Sequence record: SRR31156797_336
DNA: 64,000 nucleotides
Reading direction: 5' to 3' (one strand)
The notes beneath the pieces are model-generated. The model ran no database searches and was not told the DNA's origin. It saw only the letters and a list, made by a program, of their open reading frames with translations. A program made the translations under genes and the position numbers. Below are positions 36,715 through 47,458 of the stretch, piece after piece (position 1 is the first letter of the stretch; each line of letters begins with the position of its first letter).

Positions 36715-36924
36715 ATGAGTATTTCAAAGTATATATGTCCAAAATGTGGAAATAAACAGTTTGAAACAGACGAATTTAGAGCAACCGGTGGTCGTTTTGC
36801 CAAAATATTCGATGTTCAAAATAAAAAATTTACTACCGTAACTTGTACAAGGTGTTCCTATACCGAGCTTTATAAGGCCAGCACAAGTCAATTGGGCAAT
36901 ATATTCGATTTTTTTACCAATTAA
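36715..36924 (+). CDS. Small zinc-ribbon protein
   Basis: CPKC and C..C pairs, YTELY motif. Confidence 0.8.
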   Translation: MSISKYICPKCGNKQFETDEFRATGGRFAKIFDVQNKKFTTVTCTRCSYTELYKASTSQLGNIFDFFTN

Positions 36925-36935
36925 TACTGTACTAG

Positions 36936-37409
36936 ATGATCAAGAAACAATTACTTTTTGTCTGCTTAGGAAATATCTGTCGATCACCTAGTGCTGAAGC
37001 TGTTATGAATGGATTTTTAAGAGTTCATATGCTTGATGATGAATTTGAATGCGATTCTGCTGGAACAGGAGGCTGGCATGCTGGAGAAAAAGCAGATAGC
37101 AGAATGAGGAATCACGCCGCACGTCGGGATTACGATTTAACCAGTATTGCTCGCCAGTTTAATCCAAAAACAGATTTTGATCAATTCGATTTTATTATTG
37201 GAATGGATCAGCAAAATGTAGCCGATATAAAAGGAATGGCTCGTAATGAATCAGATCTGGATAAAATTAAATCGATGACTGACTATTGCTCGAGATATAC
37301 ACATTACGATTCAGTTCCAGATCCATATTATGGTGGATCAGATGGATTTGAATTGGTTTTAGATATTTTAGAGGACGCATGTGAAGGATTGCTTAAAGAA
37401 TTAAATTAA
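36936..37409 (+). CDS. Low-molecular-weight protein-tyrosine-phosphatase family
   Basis: VCLGNICRS P-loop, DSAGT, VPDPYYG. Confidence 0.95.
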   Translation: MIKKQLLFVCLGNICRSPSAEAVMNGFLRVHMLDDEFECDSAGTGGWHAGEKADSRMRNHAARRDYDLTSIARQFNPKTDFDQFDFIIGMDQQNVADIKGMARNESDLDKIKSMTDYCSRYTHYDSVPDPYYGGSDGFELVLDILEDACEGLLKELN

Positions 37410-38278
37410 TGAAAGCAGCAGGAGTTGTAAATAAAATAGAAGATTGGGCGGGGAAGAAGATTGTCAATTACAAGTCTGTTACTGGCGGGTCCATTGCTAA
37501 AACCGACCAGATTGAATTTGAGGACGGTCGATCTTGTTTTCTAAAAACAGGATCAGAATTGTCTGATGCTTTTCAGAAGGAGGCTAATGGTCTTAAAGAG
37601 CTTGCAAAAACAAATTGCATACGTGTGCCGGAAGTACTCTTGGTTGATGAAAATTTCCTGCTTCTTGAGTTCATAGAACAAGGAAGAAAAGATCAGAAAT
37701 TCTTTATTCAATTTGGGGAACAATTGGCGGATCTGCATTCACGAACCGCTTTTAAATTTGGATTTAAAGAAGATAATTATATTGGATCAACTCATCAGCT
37801 TAATATCGCGAAAGATACCGAAGCTGAAAACTGGATAGATTTTTATTACAATAAACGTTTGTTATACCAATACAAGCTAGCCGAACAAAAAGGCTTAGCG
37901 GGTAATGAACTGAAAAATGGTTTTCTTATCCTGGAAAATAGAATTGAAGAGATACTGGAAGGGAGTGAAGAAAAACCAACTCTGATTCATGGTGATTTGT
38001 GGAATGGCAATTATCTGTGCGATGTAAATTCCAATCCTGTTTTAATTGACCCTGCGGTTTATTATGGACATAGAGAAGCCGAATTGGCAATGACGAAGCT
38101 TTTTGGAGGATTTGATGATATCTTCTACGATACGTATTCAAAACACAAGCCATTGCCGCAAGGTTACGATTACAGAGAGAATATTTACATGTTATATCAT
38201 GTATTAAACCATCTTAATTTATTCGGAAATTCATATTACGGACAAGCTGTTAGGCTAGTTTGGTACTATTTGCATTAA
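37409..38278 (+). CDS. Fructosamine/ribulosamine 3-kinase family
   Basis: DNYIG, LIHGDLWNG, IDPAVYYGHREAELAMTKLFGGF. Confidence 0.93.
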   Translation: MKAAGVVNKIEDWAGKKIVNYKSVTGGSIAKTDQIEFEDGRSCFLKTGSELSDAFQKEANGLKELAKTNCIRVPEVLLVDENFLLLEFIEQGRKDQKFFIQFGEQLADLHSRTAFKFGFKEDNYIGSTHQLNIAKDTEAENWIDFYYNKRLLYQYKLAEQKGLAGNELKNGFLILENRIEEILEGSEEKPTLIHGDLWNGNYLCDVNSNPVLIDPAVYYGHREAELAMTKLFGGFDDIFYDTYSKHKPLPQGYDYRENIYMLYHVLNHLNLFGNSYYGQAVRLVWYYLH

Positions 38279-39576
38279 TCAAATAGGACTTTAATTAAAT
38301 CTATTTCTCCACCATAAAAGTGAATGTAAGAAGCTATGGTATTCTTCTTTTTAAAGATATGTGTATCGAGTTTTTTACCTCTTGCAGAATAAACTTCACC
38401 AATACTCAAATTCTCCTCAGTATCTTTAAGGTTTGAATAATGAAATTCATGCCCGAAAAGGTCAACTCCATTAAGATTAATCTTTCGATATCCTAAATGA
38501 AGTTTCATATTTTCCATTGATGCAGATTGCTTTAAAAAGCCAATCATAGGATATTTATTAGACTCTTTATCCACAATAGAATCGCTCAAATACATCATAC
38601 CACCACATTCGGCTAATACCTTACCGCCATTTTCGCAATAGTTTAAAATTTGCGATTTCAACACCGTATTTTCACTTAATTCCTTTAGATAAAGTTCCGG
38701 ATATCCACCAGCAAAATATAGTAGATCAGCTTCAGGCAATTTCTGATCCCGAATAGGTGAGAAATATTCTATAGTACCGATTTTTTCAAGAACCTTAAGA
38801 TTTTCATGATAAGTGAAATTGAAAGCTTCATCCTTTGCAACTGCAATTCTTAAATTACCCTTTACGCAAGAAATTTTGTTATGCTTAGGCACATTTTTTC
38901 TACTGGTAATTTCAAGTAATCGATTAATGTTTACGGTATCCGCAATGTGTGATGCAATCTGTTCAATTTTATCTTCGTATTTGTCCGCAGATGAGATTTG
39001 AAGCCCTAAATGACGTGATGGTAGACTAATCTCTTCATTTTTTTTTACGTACCCTAAAGCTTCAACACCAACATCTTCGCAGGCATCTTTTAGAAATTGA
39101 TAATGGGATTCTCCCGATACAAAATTAAAAATTACACCAGCAAGATTTATTCCCTTGTAAAAGTTTTTAAATCCATATAGTAAAGGAGCAACCGAGTAAG
39201 CGGTAGCTTTTGCATTAACCACAAGAATTACAGGTACATTTAGCAGTTCAGCAATTTCAGCAGAGCTTCCCTGCATTTTTTTTGCACCATCAAATAAGCC
39301 CATTACGCCTTCTACAACAGAAACATCTTTATTATGAGCATATTTTTGATACAATTCTCGAACATGCTCTTCGCTACTCATGAATGTATCCAGGTTGATA
39401 GATACATTACCTGAAGCCCACTCATGATGTTTAGTATCTAAGTAATCAGGTCCACATTTAAAGGCTTGCACATTTAAACCATTGTTTTTGAAGATTCTCA
39501 GTAATCCTTGCGTAACTGTAGTTTTCCCGCTATTACTCGAAGGAGCAGCAATCAAAAATTGAGGTATAGTAGTCAT
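38275..39576 (-). CDS. cbiA: Cobyrinate a,c-diamide synthase
   Basis: SGKTT, FKCGPDYLD, EGVMGLFDG, GGYPE, AECGG, GHEFHYS. Confidence 0.93.
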   Translation of the reverse strand: MTTIPQFLIAAPSSNSGKTTVTQGLLRIFKNNGLNVQAFKCGPDYLDTKHHEWASGNVSINLDTFMSSEEHVRELYQKYAHNKDVSVVEGVMGLFDGAKKMQGSSAEIAELLNVPVILVVNAKATAYSVAPLLYGFKNFYKGINLAGVIFNFVSGESHYQFLKDACEDVGVEALGYVKKNEEISLPSRHLGLQISSADKYEDKIEQIASHIADTVNINRLLEITSRKNVPKHNKISCVKGNLRIAVAKDEAFNFTYHENLKVLEKIGTIEYFSPIRDQKLPEADLLYFAGGYPELYLKELSENTVLKSQILNYCENGGKVLAECGGMMYLSDSIVDKESNKYPMIGFLKQSASMENMKLHLGYRKINLNGVDLFGHEFHYSNLKDTEENLSIGEVYSARGKKLDTHIFKKKNTIASYIHFYGGEIDLIKVLFD

Positions 39577-39668
39577 AGAAATTAAAATAATAAGGAGGCA
39601 AAAATAGAATTAAATTTTAAAGTATACTTCATCAAATTTAATTCATTATACATTCAGAAATGATAATT

Positions 39669-40379
39669 TTAGGGAATGAAAAAATCTTCAGCGATACTCT
39701 CCAACACTTTATAATTGATTAAATGTCCTTTTTTATTTGATTCCTCCATTCTAACCAAACCTACATTAATGGCATACCATTCTACAATCTTGGTTTTCGA
39801 TTTGGAAATTCCCGAATAAGATATTTTATCCGTAGAAATACGGTAACATTTAAACTTTCCTGCAGGTGTTTCAATACTTTCCTGACCATCTACTTTTCGA
39901 TTTATGAGTAATACATTCATCGACATTAAAATAGATCCAGTTCCTCTTAAAATACTAGCTTGACAAATAGCTTCTGGTAGCATTTGCCCGACAATAGGTT
40001 TTAAAGGTAATAGTACACTATCAGCTTTAATTTTAATTACCATTTTTTGGTAAGAATCTAATTTAATCGGATCCAAATACCGTTCGGCTCCCATAAAAAA
40101 GTTAGAATCTTTACTTGTAAAGTGAAAATATTGGTAAAATGTATTTTGCTTTATTGTAGTAATCTCGGACTCAATATTGTACTTTATATTTCCAAATTTA
40201 TCTTTCGATTTCCCTGACAATTGCCAAATTTCAGTAAAAGTTTTTCTGTTTTTATGATCGTAATTGACATATTTGGCTTTAAAATTTCTTTTTGAAGGAA
40301 CATACGAATAATCTCGCTGACAGATGCCAGAGAAACATGATATTAGAATTAAGAATAAAGTAGAGTAGATTATTTTCAT
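39669..40379 (-). CDS. Secreted hypothetical protein (DUF3108-like C-terminus)
   Basis: Signal peptide; E.I.TPAG.F.CY and WYA..VGLVR motifs. Confidence 0.6.
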   Translation of the reverse strand: MKIIYSTLFLILISCFSGICQRDYSYVPSKRNFKAKYVNYDHKNRKTFTEIWQLSGKSKDKFGNIKYNIESEITTIKQNTFYQYFHFTSKDSNFFMGAERYLDPIKLDSYQKMVIKIKADSVLLPLKPIVGQMLPEAICQASILRGTGSILMSMNVLLINRKVDGQESIETPAGKFKCYRISTDKISYSGISKSKTKIVEWYAINVGLVRMEESNKKGHLINYKVLESIAEDFFIP

Positions 40380-40584
40380 TCAATTATGCTTACGATATAA
40401 AATTGTATTAGAATATAAATTTACATAAAATATAAGAAGCATAAAATTATCTCATCCCTTATTTTATCGAGCACACAAGTGATTCTAAATAAGCCAATGG
40501 AAGTTTAATTATTATTAAAATTCTCTATATTCGTACCAACAACCTTATTATCAGCCTGCATGTTTAATGAATTAATTAAAGAGT

Positions 40585-41097
40585 ATGAGAAGAAGAATTA
40601 TTGCAGGTTTACTTCTAATGTCATCATTGTATTTTGCCTCTTGCAGTAGCAATAGCGACGATTTGATAGAAGATAACATTAACATTGATGAAAATCCAAT
40701 AAGTGAAAATGAACTGCTTAGATTGGTGAATGAAGTTAGAGCTTCTGGCACAACCTGCGGTGAAACTTATTATCCTCCCGTGGGAGAATTAAGTTGGAAT
40801 ACCAAATTAGAACAAGCCGGATTAAATCACAGTCAGGATATGATAGACAATGATTTTTTTGAGCATCAATCATCCGATGGAAAAAGCCTAACAGATAGAT
40901 TAAATGAAGTTGGATACAATTACAGTTATGCTGGTGAGAATATAGCCTTTGGATACACCACCGAAAACGCAGTTATAAATGGATGGCTAAGTAGTCAAGG
41001 GCATTGCGCCAATATCATGAATCCTAATTTTACAGAAATGGGTGTTGGTAGAATAGGTAACTATTGGACTCAAGATTTTGGAAAACCAAAACAATAG
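40585..41097 (+). CDS. CAP (SCP) domain lipoprotein
   Basis: Lipobox FASC; HSQDM, GENIA, WLSSQGHCANI. Confidence 0.9.
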   Translation: MRRRIIAGLLLMSSLYFASCSSNSDDLIEDNINIDENPISENELLRLVNEVRASGTTCGETYYPPVGELSWNTKLEQAGLNHSQDMIDNDFFEHQSSDGKSLTDRLNEVGYNYSYAGENIAFGYTTENAVINGWLSSQGHCANIMNPNFTEMGVGRIGNYWTQDFGKPKQ

Positions 41098-41205
41098 GGT
41101 ATAAAAAAACCACCTCAAGCGTTAATCGAGGTGGTTTTAATCTGTTTGTTTGAAAAGCTTTAAGTTTGTCTGTTAAAACTTAAATTAATTTTATTTCGAA
41201 GCGAA

Positions 41206-41649
41206 TTATTCCGACACTACTTCAAATTCGATCTCTACTTTAACTTCTTTGTGAAGTTTTACAGTAGCGGTATATTTACCGATCTCTTTTACAGCGTCTT
41301 TAATAGAAATCACTTTTCTGTCAATTTCGAATCCTTGAGCAGTTAATGCTTCAGCAATTTGAATGTTGTTAACAGAACCGAAAATTTTACCAGTAGTACT
41401 AGTTTTAGCACCTAAGCTAATAGTAACACCTTCTAATTTCTTAGCAATTTCTAATGCTTCGTTTTTGATTTTCTCCTGCTTATGAGCACTTTGTCTCATG
41501 TTCTCAGCATGCATTTTCTTAGCTGACTCTGTAGCTAAAATTGCAATACCATTAGGAATCAAATAATTTCTTCCGTAACCATTCTTAACAGTTACGATAT
41601 CGTTCTTATATCCTAAAGTATGGATATCTTGTTTTAAGATTACTTCCAT
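41206..41649 (-). CDS. rplI: 50S ribosomal protein L9
   Basis: VKNGYGRNYLIP, GKIFGSV. Confidence 0.98.
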   Translation of the reverse strand: MEVILKQDIHTLGYKNDIVTVKNGYGRNYLIPNGIAILATESAKKMHAENMRQSAHKQEKIKNEALEIAKKLEGVTISLGAKTSTTGKIFGSVNNIQIAEALTAQGFEIDRKVISIKDAVKEIGKYTATVKLHKEVKVEIEFEVVSE

Positions 41650-41672
41650 TTCGTTTCCTCCTTCTTTAAAGA

Positions 41673-41942
41673 TTATTTCATCATGTCAGTTACATATGGT
41701 AGCAATGCAATGTGACGAGCACGTTTAACTGCAGTAGCAACCTTTCTCTGGTATTTTAAAGAAGTACCTGTGATACGACGAGGCAAGATCTTTCCTTGTT
41801 CGTTCAAGAATTTCTTTAAGAATTCAGGATCTTTGTAATCGATGTACTTAATCTTGTTTTTCTTGAAACGACAGTATTTTTTCTTTTTGATCTCAACTGA
41901 AGGTGGGGTCAAATATCTGATTTCTGATTGATTCTGTGCCAT
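41673..41942 (-). CDS. rpsR: 30S ribosomal protein S18
   Basis: [22 protein letters not shown]. Confidence 0.98.
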   Translation of the reverse strand: MAQNQSEIRYLTPPSVEIKKKKYCRFKKNKIKYIDYKDPEFLKKFLNEQGKILPRRITGTSLKYQRKVATAVKRARHIALLPYVTDMMK

Positions 41943-41945
41943 GAC

Positions 41946-42296
41946 TTATTTCTCCTCTTTAGTTTCTTTAAGGTTTCCTTTTCTTTTAATTGAGTACTCA
42001 AAAGCGTATTTATCAAGCTTGAAAGTTAAGAAACGGATGACTTTCTCATCACGTCTGTAGTTCAATTCCAATTTCTCGATTAATTCGCCCGGAGCATCAA
42101 ATTGAAGCAATTGGTAAAAACCAGTGCTTTTCTTTTGAATTGGATAAGCCAACTTGCGCAGTCCCCAGTTCTCCTCATTTACGATCTTACCGCCGTTAGT
42201 TGTGATAAGAGTCTTGAATTTTTCTACCGCCTCCTTTACCTGAGCCTCAGATAAAACGGGAGTTACAATGAAAACGGTTTCATAATGATTCAACAT
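41946..42296 (-). CDS. rpsF: 30S ribosomal protein S6
   Basis: [16 protein letters not shown]. Confidence 0.98.
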   Translation of the reverse strand: MLNHYETVFIVTPVLSEAQVKEAVEKFKTLITTNGGKIVNEENWGLRKLAYPIQKKSTGFYQLLQFDAPGELIEKLELNYRRDEKVIRFLTFKLDKYAFEYSIKRKGNLKETKEEK

Positions 42297-42586
42297 AACT
42301 TAAATAATTTAATTTAATACTTAATAATTAAGTGTTTTTTATTGAGCCGCAAAATTAACTATTCTTTTTTGATTATTCAAGAATAGTAGATGTTTATTCA
42401 GCTACAAGGCGCAAAAGTAACAAATAGAATCAAGAAAAACAGGATCATTTAAAAGTATTATTTACGAAATATGCTATTTAGATGTAATTAGTAATTATTT
42501 GTTCTCAATCTGTATTCCTTGCTACACTTGGCAAGCCTCCTAATTTTTTGTAACTTATTACTAAAGGTTAAACTAAACACAGGCTT

Positions 42587-43711
42587 ATGAAGGACAGGAT
42601 GATAACATTAGCGACATATAGTTACTCTAGAGCCCAATTGCTTAAAACTCGTCTGGAATCAGAAGGAGTTGAGTGCTATTTGAAGAATTTGAATTTAATA
42701 CAGTCCGCCATTGGTGGTGGCGTAAAAGTTCGAATTAAAGAAGAAGATCTAAATCGAGCTCTTAAAATCATTGAAGAACTCGATTTGAGTTATGCTCAGG
42801 AAGATTTGGATAAAAATTTTCCTCAAAGGAATTTAGATGTAAATAGAATTTTAGTTCCAGTAGATTTCTCTGATTTCTCACCAAAACTTTGTGATTCTGC
42901 CGTAGGAATTGCAAAAAAATTTAATGCGGATATCTTACTATTTCACACTTATTTTGCATCCGCAATCGAATCTGTTCCATTTTCAGATAGTTATACCTAC
43001 AATTCAACTGTTGTAGAGGTACTTTCGGAAGTGGAAAAGAATGCCAAAGCACGCATTAAAGAACTCTACTACGATATTCGTAATCGACTGGAATTAGAAA
43101 AAATTGATGGAATTGAAGTTGATTATGCATTAAGCGGAGGAACAGCATCTTCTGAAATATTAACTCAGTGTGAGAAATATCAACCTGATTTAATGATAAT
43201 GGGAAGTAGGGGAGAAACAGCTGGAACTACAAATTTACTTGGCAGTGTGGTGTCAAATGTATTGGAAGAAACAAATGTACCAGTGCTAATCTTATCAGAT
43301 CAGGGAGAACAAATCGATTTAGATCAGATTGATAATATCATGTATGCAACGGATTTTGATAAGGCGGATTTTAGAGCAATTGCTAATCTAAAATACATTA
43401 CAAAGCCTTATAATATGAAAATTCATTGTGTACACTTCGAAGAGAAGGAAATTGAAGATCCTATTGAAGAACATCGCATGCAAATCTTAAGAAAGTATTT
43501 AAAGAGAGCATTAGGAGAATCTGAGGTGAGTTGCAGAATTATTCACGAGAATGATAAAATGGAAGGCATTGAGAAATACACTCACGATCATGACATTGGA
43601 ATGATTGCAATATTAGCAAGAAAACACAATTTATTACAACGACTATTCTTTGGACAAATGTCAAGAAAACTTTTTATTAAAACACACATGCCTATTTTGG
43701 TATTTCATTAA
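42587..43711 (+). CDS. Universal stress protein, two USP domains plus N-terminal DUF2007-like domain
   Basis: ILVPVDFS, DLMIMGSRG, GSV, IMYATDF; N-terminal A.LLKTRLESEGVEC. Confidence 0.88.
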   Translation: MKDRMITLATYSYSRAQLLKTRLESEGVECYLKNLNLIQSAIGGGVKVRIKEEDLNRALKIIEELDLSYAQEDLDKNFPQRNLDVNRILVPVDFSDFSPKLCDSAVGIAKKFNADILLFHTYFASAIESVPFSDSYTYNSTVVEVLSEVEKNAKARIKELYYDIRNRLELEKIDGIEVDYALSGGTASSEILTQCEKYQPDLMIMGSRGETAGTTNLLGSVVSNVLEETNVPVLILSDQGEQIDLDQIDNIMYATDFDKADFRAIANLKYITKPYNMKIHCVHFEEKEIEDPIEEHRMQILRKYLKRALGESEVSCRIIHENDKMEGIEKYTHDHDIGMIAILARKHNLLQRLFFGQMSRKLFIKTHMPILVFH

Positions 43712-43728
43712 TCCATTTATAGGTAATA

Positions 43729-43761
43729 ATAAAAAAGACGCAAAATTGCGTCTTTTTTATT
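43729..43761. terminator. Bidirectional terminator between usp and mtaB
   Basis: ATAAAAAAGACGCAA-N-TTGCGTCTTTTTTAT. Confidence 0.75.
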
Positions 43762-45043
43762 ATATAATATTACCATATAAAACAGGATCATCATCATCGG
43801 AAATACTAGTTATTTTCACTTTATAGAACTGATTTTTCTCAATGTTTTTACCTGTAAATTTCACAGGAATATAGTTTTCACCGTATCCTCTAGCTTGATT
43901 CTCATCTGTTTTTTCAACCAAAACCACTTGTTCCTTACCTATAAACGATTTTCGATAATCTATCTTCACATCTTCTGCAATGCCTCTTAAAATTTCACTT
44001 CTCGATGTCTTGATTCTTTCATCCACCTGGTCGGGCATTCTTTCAGCTCGGGTACCTTTTCGAATTGAATATTTAAAGGCATGAACATGTCCAAATTTCA
44101 ATTCCTTAATAAGATTACACGTAGCATTAAAATCATCTTCTGTTTCATTCGGAAATCCAATAATTACATCTGTTGTAATATTAAAGTTGGGATTTTGAGT
44201 CCTGATTTTCTGAACAATTTCCTTAAAACGCTTAGCAGTATACATTCTTCTCATTTGCAATAGTACCGACTCTGAACCGCTTTGCAAACAAAGATGTAAA
44301 TGAGGAGTCATTTTAGGATGATTCAATAAACTAAGAAACTTATCTCCAAAACCATCAGGTTCAATAGATGAGATACGAAGACGAAAATTTCCTTCTAATT
44401 CCAAAATTTGCTCTACCAAATCATCGAAATTCTTACCTTCATAATCATATCTGCCAATATTTACACCGGTCAATACTACTTCTTTTGCTCCATTCTCAAT
44501 CACTAATTTTATATTATTAAGAACATCCTGTATAGGTCTGCTAACCGCACGACCTCTAACCGATGGAATAATGCAAAAAGTACAGAAATTGTCACAACCA
44601 TCCTGAATTTTTATCATACTACGGGTATGAAAACCTTTATCGGTTGATCCGTATGAAAACAAATCTGTATTTAATTTCGATGGGTGAATAATTTCACCTT
44701 TATAGTGCGCATCAACAAGTGAGAAAACTGACGTTTTTTGATCATTTTCAACCACGTAATTGATTTCAGACTTTCCCTCGAGTTCCTCCTTAGCATTGTT
44801 AGCCATACAACCGGTTACAACCAAAACCGAATCCGGATTTCGTCTATTGGCTTGACTAATAAAATTACGTGATTTATGATCACTTTGATGAGTCACAGTA
44901 CATGAATTAATTACATATACATCCGCTTCCTTATCGAATGAAACCGATTCGTAACCATTTTTCTGAAACTGAGAAGCCAACGCATCCGTTTCGTATTGAT
45001 TTAATCGACAACCAAGTGTCTTAAATGCTACTTTTTTCTTCAC
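43760..45043 (-). CDS. mtaB: tRNA t6A37 methylthiotransferase
   Basis: TLGCRLNQYE, NSCTVT, KIQDGCDNFCTFC, LTGVN, LCLQSG; GTG start. Confidence 0.9.
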   Translation of the reverse strand: MKKKVAFKTLGCRLNQYETDALASQFQKNGYESVSFDKEADVYVINSCTVTHQSDHKSRNFISQANRRNPDSVLVVTGCMANNAKEELEGKSEINYVVENDQKTSVFSLVDAHYKGEIIHPSKLNTDLFSYGSTDKGFHTRSMIKIQDGCDNFCTFCIIPSVRGRAVSRPIQDVLNNIKLVIENGAKEVVLTGVNIGRYDYEGKNFDDLVEQILELEGNFRLRISSIEPDGFGDKFLSLLNHPKMTPHLHLCLQSGSESVLLQMRRMYTAKRFKEIVQKIRTQNPNFNITTDVIIGFPNETEDDFNATCNLIKELKFGHVHAFKYSIRKGTRAERMPDQVDERIKTSRSEILRGIAEDVKIDYRKSFIGKEQVVLVEKTDENQARGYGENYIPVKFTGKNIEKNQFYKVKITSISDDDDPVLYGNII

Positions 45044-45044
45044 T

Positions 45045-46388
45045 TTACGCTACCTCTTCTTTTATCCTAATAAGTGCTCCTTCAACAGAAAAATCGGCTG
45101 CAGAAGTAATTTTAATATCAACAAATTTACCAATTAGGCTTTCGTCATTCGACAAAAATCTCACATTGATTTTCCCTTCAGTTAACGCCATTAAATACCC
45201 TTCATGGCGAGCTTTTCCTTTAACCAAAATTCGATAAATTTTACCAACCATCTCCTCATTATAGTTACGGGAATGTAGCTTTAAATCTTCAGTAAGCTGA
45301 TGATGTCTTTGCTTTTTAATATCTAAACCGACATCATCAAACCATCTGTGACTTAGCGCTCCAGGACGAGGTGAATACATAGCAATATATGCCATATTGT
45401 ATTTGAATTCCTCCATTGCTTTCCTGGTGTTTTCGAACTGTTCATCGTTTTCACCAGTAAAACCAACAATTATATCAGTAAATAAAGTTGCCTCTGGTAT
45501 CAATCTTTTTATTGTATGAACAATCTGTCGGTACTTTTCCATACCGTGCTTACGATTCATGTGAATCAGAACCTTATCGTCGCCAGACTGTATTGGCAGG
45601 TGAATTTGCTTTGCCAAACATTTGTACTGCGCCATCACCTCAATAACTTCATCCGTCATATCACGAGGGTGGGGTGAGGTAAAATAAATCCAAAATTCTT
45701 TTTTTAATTGTTCTCCCAAGTGACCAATTCTTCTCAACAGTTCAGGAAAATCAACCTCTTCTCCTTTTTTATCTAGTCCGTATGAGTTGACATTTTGTCC
45801 AAGAAGCGTGATAGATTTAAACCCTTTATTTACTAGGTTTTCTATTTCCTGAAGTATTTCCTCCGATGGACGAGATACTTCTCGACCTCTGGTATAAGGA
45901 ACTGCACAAAAAGAACAAAACTTATCACAACCATTTTGGATAGGCACATAGGCTTCAAAATCAGATGTGTAGTTTGGTTTTACATTCCAGAATTCAGATA
46001 TGTTTTCGTTCTGAGAATCAAATCCTTGTTGCAATCCAACAGGAGTAGCTATACCATATTGCTGAATCATTTCAGGCAATTTAGGCAAGTCTTTCATTTG
46101 GAATAAAATATCAAATAATTTAAGAAATTTTTCCAAATCGGAAGGTAAAACACAGCCTGAAACAAAAGTCACCAAATTGCGTTTATTCTTCCACTTGTTC
46201 CATTTATGAATTTTGGAATAAACCTTATCAATAGCCTTTTGTCGAACCGAACAGGCTAGAATGCCAATAAGATTGGCGTCTTCTTCTTTCTCCGTCCATT
46301 GATAACCCATGCCTTCAATAATAGATCTAACTCTTTCACCATCTGAGGCATTCATCTGGCAGCCTAATGCAACTAAATGATATTTCAT
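45045..46388 (-). CDS. miaB: MiaB-like radical SAM methylthiotransferase
   Basis: GCQMN, GCDKFCSFC, LLGQNVNSYG, TSPHP, TDIIVGF, TRAM-like C-terminus. Confidence 0.75.
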   Translation of the reverse strand: MKYHLVALGCQMNASDGERVRSIIEGMGYQWTEKEEDANLIGILACSVRQKAIDKVYSKIHKWNKWKNKRNLVTFVSGCVLPSDLEKFLKLFDILFQMKDLPKLPEMIQQYGIATPVGLQQGFDSQNENISEFWNVKPNYTSDFEAYVPIQNGCDKFCSFCAVPYTRGREVSRPSEEILQEIENLVNKGFKSITLLGQNVNSYGLDKKGEEVDFPELLRRIGHLGEQLKKEFWIYFTSPHPRDMTDEVIEVMAQYKCLAKQIHLPIQSGDDKVLIHMNRKHGMEKYRQIVHTIKRLIPEATLFTDIIVGFTGENDEQFENTRKAMEEFKYNMAYIAMYSPRPGALSHRWFDDVGLDIKKQRHHQLTEDLKLHSRNYNEEMVGKIYRILVKGKARHEGYLMALTEGKINVRFLSNDESLIGKFVDIKITSAADFSVEGALIRIKEEVA

Positions 46389-46401
46389 AATACAATTTCA
46401 A

Positions 46402-47046
46402 TTAAAAGTAGACCTCTGTATGTACTGGACCTAGCGTGATTCCCTGTTTTTCAAGGATATCATAAGCCTCGTAAATCATGTGGCAATTGCCACATAAGTA
46501 ACAAATTGTATCCGATGAAACCGGATTTTGTTTCAGATATTCAGTAACTCTTCCATGAAAATTACCTGACTCTTCTCGCGAAGTACATAAAACATAATTT
46601 CCATTTTTATATTCATCACGTTCATAAGCTTCATTTTCCTTTCTAACACCATGAAGAACAGTATAATTCAATTCCGGATGTGTTACAATAAAACTATGAA
46701 TAGGAGATATACCTGTTCCGGTTGCAATAAATAGAAATTTCTTAGTTTCCAATTCACTTTCTTGCAAAGAAAAATGTCCAAACGGACCATCAACATCCAG
46801 GTAATCGCCAGGTTTACATCTCTTCAGTTTTTTAGATACTAAACCTTCATCAACTTCTTTAATCAAAACTTCAAGATATTTATCATTCTCCGAACTGTAT
46901 ATTGAATACTCTCTTCGATCGATACTTCCTGTAAATCCTAATGTGATGTACTGACCTGTTGTAAATGTAAAATCATTTTTTTCCATCTGAATGATATATG
47001 TAGATGGAGTTAAATTTCGTACTTCTGTAACTTTATGTGATCTCAT
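46402..47046 (-). CDS. Ferredoxin/flavodoxin-NADP+ reductase-like FAD oxidoreductase
   Basis: REYSI, GPFG, ATGTGISP, YLCGN, C-terminal EVYF. Confidence 0.85.
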   Translation of the reverse strand: MRSHKVTEVRNLTPSTYIIQMEKNDFTFTTGQYITLGFTGSIDRREYSIYSSENDKYLEVLIKEVDEGLVSKKLKRCKPGDYLDVDGPFGHFSLQESELETKKFLFIATGTGISPIHSFIVTHPELNYTVLHGVRKENEAYERDEYKNGNYVLCTSREESGNFHGRVTEYLKQNPVSSDTICYLCGNCHMIYEAYDILEKQGITLGPVHTEVYF

Positions 47047-47458
47047 TATTTTATAATCGATATTTAAATTCCAAATGTTTCTCCTTTAATAAGAGATTTC
47101 GCTATGTGGAATCAATTCAAATAAGCGAATACAAAAAAATACAAAATTCAGGGAAGTAACAAGAATTATAGGACCTTTATATCTGTAAATGTCATCATTT
47201 TATTAAAAACGAAGCAGAAGTAGCAAAAATGATCACTTTTCATCTAAATCACCATGAATTTACACGACTCAAAACAGATGCTTTATTGTTGATATTCTGA
47301 GAGTTTTAGGTAGTATTTGCCATTGTAAACCCTCTGAGAATTTAATATTTAATCGTCTTATGTATCTTAGTAAGGTATACTTTGTGGATTTAAGCTTAAA
47401 ATAGGATCAGAAAAATGTGAATTTAGTCACATCGATAAAATTGATATAATTTTAGAAA

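Noticed and set aside
42297-42360. S6:S18-binding leader RNA upstream of rpsF
   Set aside because: The leader is short and AU-rich and I could not identify the conserved CCR-containing stem
47323-47331. TTGTAAACC as a BirA operator half-site
   Set aside because: It lies downstream of bioD and has no partner half-site
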